Source: Opitutales bacterium (GTDB lineage Bacteria; Verrucomicrobiota; Verrucomicrobiia; Opitutales; UBA2987). Taken from it: DNA of 64,000 nucleotides. The DNA lies in NCBI GenBank assembly GCA_965226885.1, contig CBDDEL010000012.1:377819-441818 (forward strand), in the 5' to 3' direction. The position numbers and the translations under genes are program-made. A model generated the notes under the pieces. The model had not been told where the DNA came from. It did no database searches and was given only the letters and a program-made list of their open reading frames with translations. Shown piece after piece: positions 1 to 10,182 of the stretch. The number at the start of each line of letters is the position of its first letter. The stretch's first letter is position 1.

Positions 1-123
1 GAGTTCCTCCTCTTCATCCTGAGCCGTCAGGTTGATCGCGAATAGAAGCGCGGGAACAACCAGAAGCCATCCAAAACGAAGGAGTAGTGGGTTGGTATTG
101 TTTTCTTGTAGTTTGTTTTTCAT
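1..123 (-). CDS. 5' end of an exported protein (possibly a TonB-dependent receptor), truncated by the window edge
   Basis: Manual translation from ATG at 123: MKNKLQENNTNPLLLRFGWLLVVPALLFAINLTAQDEEEEL. This is a signal peptide with an LTA|Q cleavage site followed by an acidic stretch. The receptor identity is inference only. Confidence 0.6.
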   Translation of the reverse strand, partial: MKNKLQENNTNPLLLRFGWLLVVPALLFAINLTAQDEEEEL

Positions 124-154
124 GCTATCAGTTTTTTTCTGTTAACGTTAACTA

Positions 155-1989
155 GAGGCTGTCCCAAAAATATAAAGATTTTATAGTCAACTGGATGACG
201 TTGATAAAAAGAGCCGGAAAGAGCAAGTTTCTGCTCGATCCGGCCAAAAAAGGGTTCTATAATTGAGTTAGCGAAAATCAATATAGCCCTTTCTATGAAA
301 ATAGCCCTTTCTATGAAAAATATAGCCATCCAATGCCTCCTGCGTCCAGCTTTAACTGTGGTCGACCGGTGCCTCGATTACGATAACTTCCGCGCCACCA
401 TTGATCGAATCGATCGGCTGCTGATCGACTCGGAGGTGGAATCGCAGGCCATTGAGCTGGCCTTGGAGGGGTGGCCGCCAATGGGTCTAAAGGCCCGGCG
501 GCAGCGGGCCAGTTTTGCCATCAAGGCACTGCGCATGGATACGCTGGGCCGTCTGCTCGGAGGGATTTCGTTTCGGCATTTGTCGCGGGCTCTGGGCAGC
601 AGCGATCTGTTGGCCGACTTTTGCCGTGTCCGGCAGATCGATGGCATCAGGGGCATCTCCAAAAGCACCCTGGAGCGGGCCTCGAAGTTTTTCAGCGAAG
701 AGCAGTTGAGGGCCTTGCACCGGACCTTGACTGAGGTGGTGGCCGATGCCCTTCTGGCCCGGCAGGTGGGATTGGACAAGCCGATTGACACCACCATTTG
801 CCTGATCGACGGCACCTGTTTGGAGGCTAACATTCATTGGCCGACGGACTGGGTATTACTCAAGGATGTAGCCGGCACGTTGCTCAAAGCGATCCGGCTG
901 ATCCGCGAGAAGGCCGGTTTGCGCCATCGCATGCCGATCGAACCGGAGCCCTTGGCTCGGCAGATGAATCGGCTGTGCATACAGATGACCCACAGCCGGC
1001 GGCGAAAGGACAGCGCGCGGCAGCGCAAGGGTATCTTGAGGCAGATGAAAAAGCTGCTCAAACGGATCGGGGAGCATGCCCGCAGTCACCGGGAATTATT
1101 GCAAGCCTGCTGGGAGCAAAGCGATTACAGCGAAAAACAGGTCCAACAGATCCTCGCCCGGATGGAGCGCATGAGCGAGCAAATCCCGGTGGTCATCAAA
1201 CAGGCGCACGAGCGGATCATTGGCGGCCGCCAGGTGAAAAACGCAGAGAAAGTCTTGAGTGTTTACGAACTCGATGGGCAGGTGATTGTGCGAGGTAAAG
1301 CGGGCCAAGAGGTCGAGTTCGGCAACACCCTGTTTTTGGGAGAAAGCGTTGAAGGGTACCTGCTGGACTGGAAACTCTACGGCAGCCGAACTCCAAGCGA
1401 AAATGAACAAATGCAAGAGAGTTTGCAAAGACAGAACCGCTTCAACCTGGAAGAACCCATAGCGGCCATGTGCGCGGACCGGGGATTTGCCTCCCAGCGG
1501 GCCCGCCGGCAGTTAGCCCAGGAGGGAATCTACGACGCGCTCTGTCCACGCGATCCGAAGCAGTTGAAAAAACGGATGGAGGAACCACTGTTCAGACAAT
1601 TGCAAAAGCGCCGGGCCAGCACCGAAGGGCGGATCGGGGTATTGAAGAATCGCTGGCAGGCCGGGCGGTTGCGCAGCAAAGGCTTTGCCAACCGCTCGAT
1701 CAGCGTAGCCTGGTCGGTACTCTCGCACAACCTATGGAAAGTAGCCAAGATGCTGGCCCAGCAAGACGAACTAAAAACCAAAGCGGCGGCCTAGAGAGCG
1801 GAAAAGCAAGGACAATACTTTTTCACAGCCGTACTGTCGGCTCATACAAAGAAAACCAGGCAACCGGACCCCAAAACCAGTATCCTAACGTCATAGGAGA
1901 GCAAAGTTGATACTCTCCCAAATGCAAATACCTCTAAAATGAGCGCCTATCAAAAGCCCTCGCAAAAATCACCCTTTTGGGACAGCCTC
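155..1989 (+). mobile_element. Insertion sequence (IS5/ISNCY-like DDE element)
   Basis: Perfect 15-bp terminal inverted repeats GAGGCTGTCCCAAAA (155-169) and TTTTGGGACAGCCTC (1975-1989); 6-bp target duplication TAACTA at 149-154 and 1990-1995. Confidence 0.92.
295..1794 (+). CDS. DDE transposase
   Basis: 499 aa with IDGTCLEANI, ADRGF and RRASTEGRIG motifs, lying between the IRs. The true start is probably the second ATG (313), because an 18-bp duplication created the first. Confidence 0.9.
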   Translation: MKIALSMKNIAIQCLLRPALTVVDRCLDYDNFRATIDRIDRLLIDSEVESQAIELALEGWPPMGLKARRQRASFAIKALRMDTLGRLLGGISFRHLSRALGSSDLLADFCRVRQIDGIRGISKSTLERASKFFSEEQLRALHRTLTEVVADALLARQVGLDKPIDTTICLIDGTCLEANIHWPTDWVLLKDVAGTLLKAIRLIREKAGLRHRMPIEPEPLARQMNRLCIQMTHSRRRKDSARQRKGILRQMKKLLKRIGEHARSHRELLQACWEQSDYSEKQVQQILARMERMSEQIPVVIKQAHERIIGGRQVKNAEKVLSVYELDGQVIVRGKAGQEVEFGNTLFLGESVEGYLLDWKLYGSRTPSENEQMQESLQRQNRFNLEEPIAAMCADRGFASQRARRQLAQEGIYDALCPRDPKQLKKRMEEPLFRQLQKRRASTEGRIGVLKNRWQAGRLRSKGFANRSISVAWSVLSHNLWKVAKMLAQQDELKTKAAA

Positions 1990-2615
1990 TAACTATGGAG
2001 TTTTTGGTGGGACCGTTTGCAAAAGCTCGGTCGCCACATAGAATCGATAAGATCAGCCAGTGAAACTTAGGCAAAGGAAGACCGCGGATACTTGGGCGAT
2101 TCCGAAAAACCGCACCGCAGCTTCTTCTGTTTAGCTGGCGATCCGTTTAGGAGATTTAGTTTTTAATCCCTTTCCGGGATTGTTTGGCGCTAGTCATAGA
2201 GTAGTTGAAATGGTTATTTCGTTTATCCTTATCCAAAAAAACCGTCTCAGGGGCATCCGATTTTTATGAACAGCTAATAGGACAAAGGACAAAGGATTTC
2301 AGAAAAAATGTCTATACTTAATGTAAATATTTTATAAAAAATTTGAACGCGTGTTAATTTACTTGAATTGACACAAACCCCGGAACCTTTTTGCGGCAAA
2401 TTTAACTAAAAAGCTAACTAATGTCGGCCCAAAATAACCATCGGCGGGATTCCGCCCCGGCGCCCAATGCGGACTTGCCAGAAGCAGGGCAACCGGTAGA
2501 AGTGCATTTTGTTTTGCCTCGGTTCCGGCAGTTGCAGTATTAAAATTGAAGATGTTGTGTTGAATAGCGGAATTTCCAGTTTTTCCCTTTCCAAGGCCCC
2601 GCCCCGCCGCGTGTA

Positions 2616-3953
2616 TTGATCGCCGACGACCAGCCCGATGTGTTAAAAGCCATGGCCCTCCTGCTTAAAGGAGAGGGCTATAAAACCAGGATGACGACCT
2701 CGCCGCAGGAAGTCCTCAGCGCTCTGTGCAAAAGCGATTTCGATGTGGCCTTGATCGACCTCAACTACACACGGGACACCACCTCGGGGCGCGAAGGGCT
2801 CGACCTGCTGCAAAAAATCCGCGCCCTGGACGCCGATCTGCCCATTGTGGTGATGACGGCTTGGGCCACAATCGACGTGGCGGTCGAGTGCATGAGGCAA
2901 GGGGCTTGCGATTTTGTGCAAAAACCGTGGGACAACGCCCGAGTTCTTTCCATCGTCCGCACTCACACCCAGTTTTACCGCACGGTTAAGAGGAAAAACC
3001 TTTTGGAGGAAGAAAATCGTCTGCTCAGAGGACAGGACGGGGTCACCTTGTTGGCCCAATCGAAGGCCATGGAACCAGTGCTGGAAATTATTGAAAGCGT
3101 GGGGCCTTCCGATGCCAATATACTTATTACCGGTGAAAACGGGACCGGCAAAGGCGTCGTGGCGCGGGTTCTGCATGAAAAATCAGACCGGCGGGACAAA
3201 CCCCTGGTCAGCGTCAACATGGGCAGCTTGCCGGAGGGGGTTTTCGAGAGCGAGCTGTTCGGCCACGTCAAAGGTGCCTTTACCGATGCCAAGGCGGACC
3301 GGGCCGGTCGTTTCGAAATGGCTGCCGGGGGCACTTTGTTCTTGGATGAAATCGCCAACATCCCACTGGCCCAGCAAAACAAGCTGCTGCGGTTGCTGGA
3401 AACAGGCGAATTCGAGCGGGTGGGCTCCTCTAAAACGCAAAATGTCGATGTGCGGTTGATCAGCGCCACCAATGCCGATCCTCAAAAGGAAGTGGCCGAG
3501 GGGCGTTTCCGGCAGGATCTCCTTTACCGGCTCAACACCATCCACCTGCACCTGCCTTTATTAAGCGAGAGAATCGAGGACATCCCGCTATTAGCCGATC
3601 ATTTCCTGCAAAAGCATCTGCAAAAATACCGCAAGGAAATCACTGGTTTTGCCTCCACTGCTCTGGAGACCCTGCGCTCGTATGCCTGGCCGGGAAATGT
3701 GCGGGAACTGGATCATTGCATCGAACGCGCTGTCCTCCTGGCCAAGGGAACGCAAATTCAGCCGTTGGACCTGGGCCTCAGCGCGACCGAGGCGGGGCCT
3801 TCCTCCCTCGACGATATGACTATTGACGAAGTCGAGAAATACCTCATAAAACGCACCCTTCTGCGGCATCAGGGCAACGCCACCCAGGCAGCCAAGGCCC
3901 TGGGTCTGAGCCGCAGCGCATTTTACCGCCGCCTGCAGCGATTCGATCTGTAA
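2616..3953 (+). CDS. Sigma-54-dependent response regulator (NtrC/AtoC type)
   Basis: REC domain, Walker A GENGTGK, ESELFGHVKGAFTDA (GAFTGA loop), WPGNVREL and a C-terminal Fis HTH. The true start may be slightly upstream. Confidence 0.93.
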   Translation: MIADDQPDVLKAMALLLKGEGYKTRMTTSPQEVLSALCKSDFDVALIDLNYTRDTTSGREGLDLLQKIRALDADLPIVVMTAWATIDVAVECMRQGACDFVQKPWDNARVLSIVRTHTQFYRTVKRKNLLEEENRLLRGQDGVTLLAQSKAMEPVLEIIESVGPSDANILITGENGTGKGVVARVLHEKSDRRDKPLVSVNMGSLPEGVFESELFGHVKGAFTDAKADRAGRFEMAAGGTLFLDEIANIPLAQQNKLLRLLETGEFERVGSSKTQNVDVRLISATNADPQKEVAEGRFRQDLLYRLNTIHLHLPLLSERIEDIPLLADHFLQKHLQKYRKEITGFASTALETLRSYAWPGNVRELDHCIERAVLLAKGTQIQPLDLGLSATEAGPSSLDDMTIDEVEKYLIKRTLLRHQGNATQAAKALGLSRSAFYRRLQRFDL

Positions 3954-4050
3954 TCCTTTCCCGGCAAGTAATTTACTCTCCCGAAGTTTAATCTATTCAA
4001 GGTGAGTCCCAAATTTATCATTTATCAGAAGAAAAAAGCAGGGGAAGCAC

Positions 4051-5342
4051 ATGCGCCGTCTGCTATGGCTGGCCCTGTTGAGTGGGTTGCCAGGGGTGTT
4101 GGGCACCATCCTGCTGCTGCAAATCGGGAACTACCCTTTGAAAGTCCACCTGACCCTGCTGACCTTTGTTGTAGGGTTCTGGCTCCTATTTGTCACGATG
4201 CTGCGAAACCGCGTCATCCGGCCCCTGCAAGCGGCATCGAACATGCTCTCCGCATTGCGCGAAGGCGACTACTCCCTCCAATCGCACGGCGGCGACAACG
4301 AAGACCCCATGGGCCAGGTCATGCACGAGATCAATGCCCTGACCGATGTCTTACGCAGCCAGCGCATGGGGGCCATCGAGGCCTTCACCCTTTTAAACAA
4401 GGTGGTGGAGGAGATCGATGTGGCTATCTTTACCTTCGATGAAGACGACCGTCTGGGCATGGTCAACCGGGCGGGTGAAAAATTGCTGGCCCAGCCAGCG
4501 GACCAGTTGAGCGGTAAAAAAGCAGCCGATCTGGGTCTGAAAAATTGCCTCACCCGGCTGACTAGGGAAAATCAACTGATGGCCGTTCCAGCCGTTGGTA
4601 CATTAAGACGGGCCACTTCCGGGAAGCGGGCAAACCACACCAACTTCTGCTCTTGACCGATGTCAGCCAGCCGCTCCGCGAGGAAGAACGAATGGCCTGG
4701 CGCCGCCTCATAAGGGTTCTGGGGCATGAGCTGAACAACTCCTTGGCCCCCATCAAATCGCTGGCTGGCAGCATGGAACAAATCCTTACCCGACAACCCT
4801 TGCCACCGGATTGGAAGGAGGATATCAACGAAAGCCTCCGCATTATCGGGTCGAGGGCAGAGGGGCTGAGCCGGTTTCTGGAAGATTTTTCCCGAATCGC
4901 CAAACTGCCGCCGCCGCAAAAGGAACCCGTCCAAGTGGGCCAAATGGTGGAACAGGTGGCTGGGCTTTCCACCAGCGCTTTTGGGCAGATTCAAATAGAA
5001 AAAGGGCCACCATGCACCGTCATGGCCGATCGCAGCCAGATCGAGCAGCTCCTCATCAACCTGGTCAAAAATGCCGTCGATGCGGTTGAGGCGACCAAGG
5101 GCAGCATTCGCGCTGGCTGGGACGAGCTGGAAGGCCGGGTGGAAATCTGGGTTGAAGATGAAGGGCCGGGCATTGCCAACCCCAGCAACCTCTTCGTGCC
5201 CTTTTTCTCCACCAAGCCTGGAGGCTCGGGAGTCGGCCTCACCCTCAGCCGTCAAATAGCCGAAGCCCACGACGGAACCGTAGAGGTAGTCAACCGAACT
5301 GGCCAACCCGGCTGCCGGGCCACCCTCACCCTGCCCATATGA
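4051..5342 (+). pseudogene. Sensor histidine kinase (TM-HAMP-PAS-HisKA-HATPase) split by a frameshift near 4570-4585
   Basis: ORF 4051-4656 carries TM/HAMP/PAS. The next frame is open from ~4579 (GRSSRWYIKTGHFREAGKPHQLLLLTD) and runs into HELNNSL, NLVKNA, DEGPG and GSGVGL. Confidence 0.85.
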
Positions 5343-5420
5343 TCCATCAGCCCGCGCCGCCCCAATTATGAATTATGACCGTTGGCTCTATTTTTCTTCT
5401 CAATTCGTCTTGCCATTGGC

Positions 5421-6275
5421 CTAAAACTGAAGATTGGCAGTCACGGGAAAATGGTCGGAGGGGTAACGGCCTTCCTTTTCAGTCCGAACGATAGAAGCAT
5501 GCAATGTAGTGACGCTCGGTGAAACAAATATACAGTCTACCTTCGGACCATTTGATCGTCCTTTAAAACCATTGAAAGTCCCGACGACTTCGGCCTCAGG
5601 GTGAAGAATGCGAAAAGTATCCGCCATTTTTCCTTTTCCCTTCAGGTATTCAATAGCCGGGTTGTCTTCTCCGGCATTAAAATCTCCAGTTAAGACAAAC
5701 GGATCCGGGTGTGTTCGCTTTTGTATGAAATCCACTATCAGCCGAACACTCTTTTCCCTTGAGGGTTGGGACCTGTGATCTAGGTGAGTATTGTAGATAT
5801 AAAAGGCCAACCCCGACTGCCTGTCCAAAAGACGCGCCCAGCTGCAGATACGGCGAATTCGGTTGCCCCAATGCGTTGAAGGGACCTCCGGTGTATCCGA
5901 AAGCCAGAAAGTTCCCGACTCATACACATCGAATCGATCGAGCCGATAGAGAATGGCTGAATACTCCCCTTCCGTTCCGCCGTCCCGCCCCACACCTGTC
6001 TCGCCGTACTGCGGAAGACTCTTCCTGATTTCATCCATCTGAAAGCGGAGCGCCTCCTGCAATCCCAGGACATCCGGTGAATATTGGCGGATGACATCAA
6101 TAACCTGTCCCTTCCGATTATCCCAATGGTTCTCACCATCACGAGTTGTCCCATAGCGGATGTTGAAACTCATGACATCAACATCGAAAGATTCCGCTGC
6201 ATCTTCGCGAACCGTATAACAGCCAGCCATCAGCAGCGCTAATAATACCAGTGCCAGAAAGTATGTTTTTTTCAT
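5421..6275 (-). CDS. Endonuclease/exonuclease/phosphatase (EEP) family lipoprotein; probable integron cassette
   Basis: MSFNIR, LGLQE, NTHLD, TGDFN and PSDHFPV motifs; lipobox LMAGC. The ATG lies 11 bp from the attC core site. Confidence 0.88.
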   Translation of the reverse strand: MKKTYFLALVLLALLMAGCYTVREDAAESFDVDVMSFNIRYGTTRDGENHWDNRKGQVIDVIRQYSPDVLGLQEALRFQMDEIRKSLPQYGETGVGRDGGTEGEYSAILYRLDRFDVYESGTFWLSDTPEVPSTHWGNRIRRICSWARLLDRQSGLAFYIYNTHLDHRSQPSREKSVRLIVDFIQKRTHPDPFVLTGDFNAGEDNPAIEYLKGKGKMADTFRILHPEAEVVGTFNGFKGRSNGPKVDCIFVSPSVTTLHASIVRTEKEGRYPSDHFPVTANLQF

Positions 6276-6285
6276 ATCGTCTCCC

Positions 6286-6397
6286 GTTGAACGATTAAGC
6301 ATGAGGCACGGCATTGATGCAGGACCGGGGTTGGAATTATGGTAAGTCATTCGAACTCAAGGCGAGTCAGCCGTTGCTCTCCATGCGCTTGTTAGGT
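6286..6397 (-). other. Integron attC recombination site (112 bp)
   Basis: Minus strand reads R'' ACCTAAC, 5-nt spacer, L'' CATGGAGA ... L' CCTCATG, 7-nt spacer, R' GTTCAAC. On the + (bottom) strand CATGAGGCACGGC (6300-6312) pairs with 6370-6385 in 13 perfect pairs with three extrahelical bases (C, T, T). Confidence 0.8.
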
Positions 6398-7152
6398 CCA
6401 GATCGTTCGGTCTCAATGGAGCCTTCTAGGAACCGCGCCTCGATTCGCGTTTCGACGACTTGGTCATTCAGCATCTCGACGCGGTAGGCAGCCGCTTCTA
6501 CCCTTGAACTCACAACCTCCACCAGATCTGTTCCTTGAAAGTGGAGGGCAGCTCCGTCATCAGCTGCATACCCCCATTGTAGCCCTTCCAGAATCAATCG
6601 ATGATATGTGGGGCGGCGCTCTTCCTCGCCGTCGTAGTGTGGGCATGCCGTAGCGTCAATAAGCCCTAAACCGTCGGTCAGGCCATCAAGATCTCCGTAA
6701 GAGTCCGTAACCCCGCCCCGGAACCAGCAGATCATGCCAGCGCTCACTCCGCACAGTATTGCGCCGCGTGACCATGCGTCACGGAGCAACTTGTCCAAGC
6801 CATGAGCCCGCCACATTGCAAGTAGGTTCGCAGTGTTTCCACCCCCGACATGGATTATGTCCTGGGCACTGATAAAGTCGGCCAGATCTAATCTACGCGA
6901 CGGTTGCCTGGGAAGAGAAGGTGGGTCAAAGAGCGTCAGATCGGTGGGTATGGCACGCCCGCTAAAGGCACGATAGAACTTTGCAATGTATGCAGCCGAA
7001 TCGGCGCTGGCGGTAGGAACGAAACATACCTTTGCAGGTTGATGTACCGAGAGTGACAGAATGAAGGAATCGAGGAGCGGGTCATCCGGCTCCATGGAGA
7101 AGCCGCCGCCCCCCAATGCGACGATATGCCCTGGATTTGTTATCGAAGTCAT
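6367..7152 (-). CDS. Peptidase S51 (dipeptidase E-like); probable integron cassette
   Basis: LGGGGFS, VPTAS, VGGGNTANLL, GVSAG nucleophile and CPHYD motifs. The C-terminus reads into attC (PNKRMESNG). Confidence 0.88.
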   Translation of the reverse strand: MTSITNPGHIVALGGGGFSMEPDDPLLDSFILSLSVHQPAKVCFVPTASADSAAYIAKFYRAFSGRAIPTDLTLFDPPSLPRQPSRRLDLADFISAQDIIHVGGGNTANLLAMWRAHGLDKLLRDAWSRGAILCGVSAGMICWFRGGVTDSYGDLDGLTDGLGLIDATACPHYDGEEERRPTYHRLILEGLQWGYAADDGAALHFQGTDLVEVVSSRVEAAAYRVEMLNDQVVETRIEARFLEGSIETERSGPNKRMESNG

Positions 7153-7192
7153 TCTGTTGCTGAAGGTCGGTCCAAGACTTGTTTACATTTAC

Positions 7193-7250
7193 GCCTAACT
7201 ATACATAGGCGGTAAATATGCCGCGAAAATTAAGTATATTATTCTTACGT
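7193..7250 (-). other. Putative attI-like site / cassette core site
   Basis: GTTAGGC (GTTRRRY) at 7199-7193, 47 bp upstream of the peptidase ATG and nearly complementary to the downstream inverse core ACCTAAC. No attC hairpin precedes it. Confidence 0.45.
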
Positions 7251-7338
7251 CCGATATTTTCAAGAATATTTGTAATTCTTTGACGAACAACAGGATCGCA
7301 GTGTGTTTCTTGAAGTGGAACAACGAATTGAAAATCGG

Positions 7339-8355
7339 TCAGCCTCCGATATAGGACATTTCTACTTTGTGGGGGTGGAGGTGCTTTTTGAGGATTTCGG
7401 TGCGTAGTTCCGAGTAGCGGTCGTGGCGGTTTTCCCAGATGGCGCGCAGGGTCTCGCGGATGTCTTTGTCGGATTCGCCGTTGCGGAGGATTTCGCGCAG
7501 GTCCCAGCCTTCGTTGGCGAAAAGGCAGGTGTATAGTTTGCCGTCGGCGGATAAGCGGGCACGAACGCAGTTTTCGCAAAAGGGCTGGGTGACCGAGGCA
7601 ATGACGCCGATTTCCACCTCCGTGCCGGTGTAGCGGTAGCGGCGGGCCACCTCCCCGCGGTAGTTCGGATTGAGGGGTTCCAGAGCAAATTCGGTCTGGA
7701 TGAGTTCGACAATCCGGCGAGAGGGAAAGACCTTTTCCATTTTCCAGCCGTTGAGGTTACCCACGTCCATGAATTCAATAAATCGCAGGGTATGGCCGCT
7801 TTGTTTAAAAAACCGGGCCATTGGCAGAATCTCTTTCTCGTTGACGCCTTTTTGCACCACCATGTTGATTTTGATGGCTAAACCCGCCGCTGCGGCAGCC
7901 TCAATGCCTTTTAAAACGGTTTCCACCTGCACATTGCGGCCGTTCATCTTCTGGAAACAGTTGTTGTCGAGGGCGTCCAGGCTTATCGTAATGCGCCCCA
8001 TACCGGCATTTTTAAGACGCTCCGCAAATCTTGGCAGGAGCACCCCGTTGGTGGTCAGCGCGAGGTCGTCAATCCTCGGAATATCGATCAGCATCTTAAT
8101 CAATTGGTCGAGGTCTTTGCGGAGCAGGGGCTCCCCGCCGGTGAGGCGGATTTTGTGCACGCCCAAGTCGGCGGCGATTCGGGTCAAACGTGTAATTTCC
8201 TCGAAATTGAGCAACTCGTCCCGTTTCAAAAAAGCGTATTGGCTGCCGAAAACCTCGGCAGGCATGCAATAGGGGCAGCGGAAATTGCACTGGTCGATAA
8301 CCGATATGCGCAAGTCCTTTAGTGGCCTCTTGAGAGTGTCGATCGGGTAATCCAT
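7339..8355 (-). CDS. moaA: GTP 3',8-cyclase (radical SAM)
   Basis: LRISVIDQCNFRCPYCMP, RLTGGEPLLR, FCENCVRARL..CLF and C-terminal MSYIGG. Confidence 0.97.
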   Translation of the reverse strand: MDYPIDTLKRPLKDLRISVIDQCNFRCPYCMPAEVFGSQYAFLKRDELLNFEEITRLTRIAADLGVHKIRLTGGEPLLRKDLDQLIKMLIDIPRIDDLALTTNGVLLPRFAERLKNAGMGRITISLDALDNNCFQKMNGRNVQVETVLKGIEAAAAAGLAIKINMVVQKGVNEKEILPMARFFKQSGHTLRFIEFMDVGNLNGWKMEKVFPSRRIVELIQTEFALEPLNPNYRGEVARRYRYTGTEVEIGVIASVTQPFCENCVRARLSADGKLYTCLFANEGWDLREILRNGESDKDIRETLRAIWENRHDRYSELRTEILKKHLHPHKVEMSYIGG

Positions 8356-8471
8356 AATCACAAATAGCAGTCCACTTAATACAATGCTGCAAAAGTATGC
8401 AATTGTCCAGTGCTATAATGAATGGGCCAATAATCGTTGCCCTCCGCTCATTCCCTGTCTTCTATTTTAGC

Positions 8472-9683
8472 ATGTCCTTAATCGCTGTCAAAGAGGCCGC
8501 CCTTATCATTGAGGAAGCCATTGAAATCCTACCCACGGTGGAAGTTTCCCTGGTGGATTCCATCGGCCGGGCGCTGCGCCAGCCGGTGCGGGCCGACCGG
8601 GAGGTGCCTCCGTATGATCGGGTCATGATGGATGGGATCGCTTTTAGCTACCGGGATTGGCAGAATGGGGTGCGCCAATTTTCCATTGCCGGAACGCAGG
8701 GGGCGGGTTCGCCCCCGAAAACTCTTTCCGGTTCCGGAAACTGTTTCGAGATCATGACCGGTTCGGTTCTGGCAAACGGCTGCGATTGCGTGGCGCCCTA
8801 TGAAGAAGTCGAAATCAACGAGGGCAAAGCGCAAATAATCGATGGATTTACGCCACAGCCGGGTCGATTTATTCACAAAACGGGCTCCGATTATCCATCC
8901 GGGGCAACCCTGTTGCGGCCGGGCTGTCGGTTGACTTCACGGCAAGTCGCGGTGGCCGCATCCAGCGGCTGCGCTCATTTGAGGGTAACCCGGCTTCCCA
9001 AAATCAGCCTTATCTCCACCGGCGATGAACTGGTGGAAATCGACCAGCTGGTGGAGCGGCATCAAATCCGCACCTCCAATGCCTATTCGCTACAAGCAGG
9101 ACTGGCCGCTTTGGGGATTTCCACCGTCAACCGCTGTCATCTCAACGATAGGCCCGAGGAACTGGAAAAAAAGCTGGCTAGTCTTCTGGAAGATTTCGAT
9201 GTGCTCATTCTGAGCGGAGGCGTCTCCAAGGGCCGCTACGATTATGTTCCGGAAATTCTGCAAAAACTGGGTGTTAAAAAGCTTTTTCACGGCGTCGCCC
9301 AGCGGCCCGGCAAACCCTTTTGGTTCGGAGTTAAAGAGGGAGGGCCTCCCGTATTTGCCCTTCCCGGCAATCCCCTTTCCACCCTGGTTTGCTTTCATCG
9401 GTTCGTCGTTCCTGCTCTTCAGAAAATGCTCGGTTTGTTGCCGCCGCAACCGCTTTGGGCTGCTCTGACCGAGCCTTTTGACTTTAAGCGGCCCATGACA
9501 TTTTTCCTGCCGGTAATAACAGAAAGCCGAACGAATGGACTCCTATCCGCCACTCCGCGACCCGTCAGCAATTCCGGGGATTACGCCTCCATCGTCGAAA
9601 CTTCGGGATTTGTGGAACTGCCCGGTGGGGATTTGAACGATTTTCCTACTGGATATGTTGCAAAGTATTTTGGATGGATATAA
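8472..9683 (+). CDS. moeA: Molybdopterin molybdenumtransferase
   Basis: PPYDRVMMDGIA, STGDELV, SGGVSKG, RPGKP and LPGNP motifs. Confidence 0.95.
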   Translation: MSLIAVKEAALIIEEAIEILPTVEVSLVDSIGRALRQPVRADREVPPYDRVMMDGIAFSYRDWQNGVRQFSIAGTQGAGSPPKTLSGSGNCFEIMTGSVLANGCDCVAPYEEVEINEGKAQIIDGFTPQPGRFIHKTGSDYPSGATLLRPGCRLTSRQVAVAASSGCAHLRVTRLPKISLISTGDELVEIDQLVERHQIRTSNAYSLQAGLAALGISTVNRCHLNDRPEELEKKLASLLEDFDVLILSGGVSKGRYDYVPEILQKLGVKKLFHGVAQRPGKPFWFGVKEGGPPVFALPGNPLSTLVCFHRFVVPALQKMLGLLPPQPLWAALTEPFDFKRPMTFFLPVITESRTNGLLSATPRPVSNSGDYASIVETSGFVELPGGDLNDFPTGYVAKYFGWI

Positions 9684-9697
9684 GATACTAAAACAAA

Positions 9698-10174
9698 ATG
9701 ACCAGCCTATCCCACATCAATCCCGATAATCAACCAGAGATGGTCGATGTCGGCTCAAAATCGATTACCCAGCGCGAAGCCCACGCGCGGGCCATCGTTT
9801 TGCTGAACGGTGAAATCATGGAGCAGCTCATCGGCGGTGAACTCATGAGCAAAAAGGGGCCCGTTTTCCAAACCGCAAACATTGCCGGAATCATGGCCGC
9901 AAAAAAGACCCACGAGCTCATTCCATTATGCCATCCGGTGGTTATCGAAGATTGTAAAATTCAAATCCGGCCCGCGGACGACAACCGGGTGGTCATCGAT
10001 TGCACAACCAAGGCCACCCACAAAACGGGCGTCGAAATGGAAGCCCTGACGGGAGCTGCGGCGGCCGCCCTGACCATCTACGACATGTGCAAGTCCGTCT
10101 CCAAGGAAATCGTTATCGAAAACGTCCGACTGATAAAAAAGACGGGCGGAAAAAGCGATTTCGAAGCCGTTTAA
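9698..10174 (+). CDS. moaC: Cyclic pyranopterin monophosphate synthase
   Basis: MVDVG, AAKKTHELIPLCHP, TGVEMEALT, YDMCK and KTGGKS motifs. Confidence 0.97.
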   Translation: MTSLSHINPDNQPEMVDVGSKSITQREAHARAIVLLNGEIMEQLIGGELMSKKGPVFQTANIAGIMAAKKTHELIPLCHPVVIEDCKIQIRPADDNRVVIDCTTKATHKTGVEMEALTGAAAAALTIYDMCKSVSKEIVIENVRLIKKTGGKSDFEAV

Positions 10175-10182
10175 ATTTCGAG

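Noticed and set aside
1996..2600. Riboswitch or sigma-54 promoter in the displaced upstream region
   Set aside because: I recognised no riboswitch motif, and the one TGGC...TTGC candidate (2018-2036, minus strand) has the wrong GG-GC spacing.
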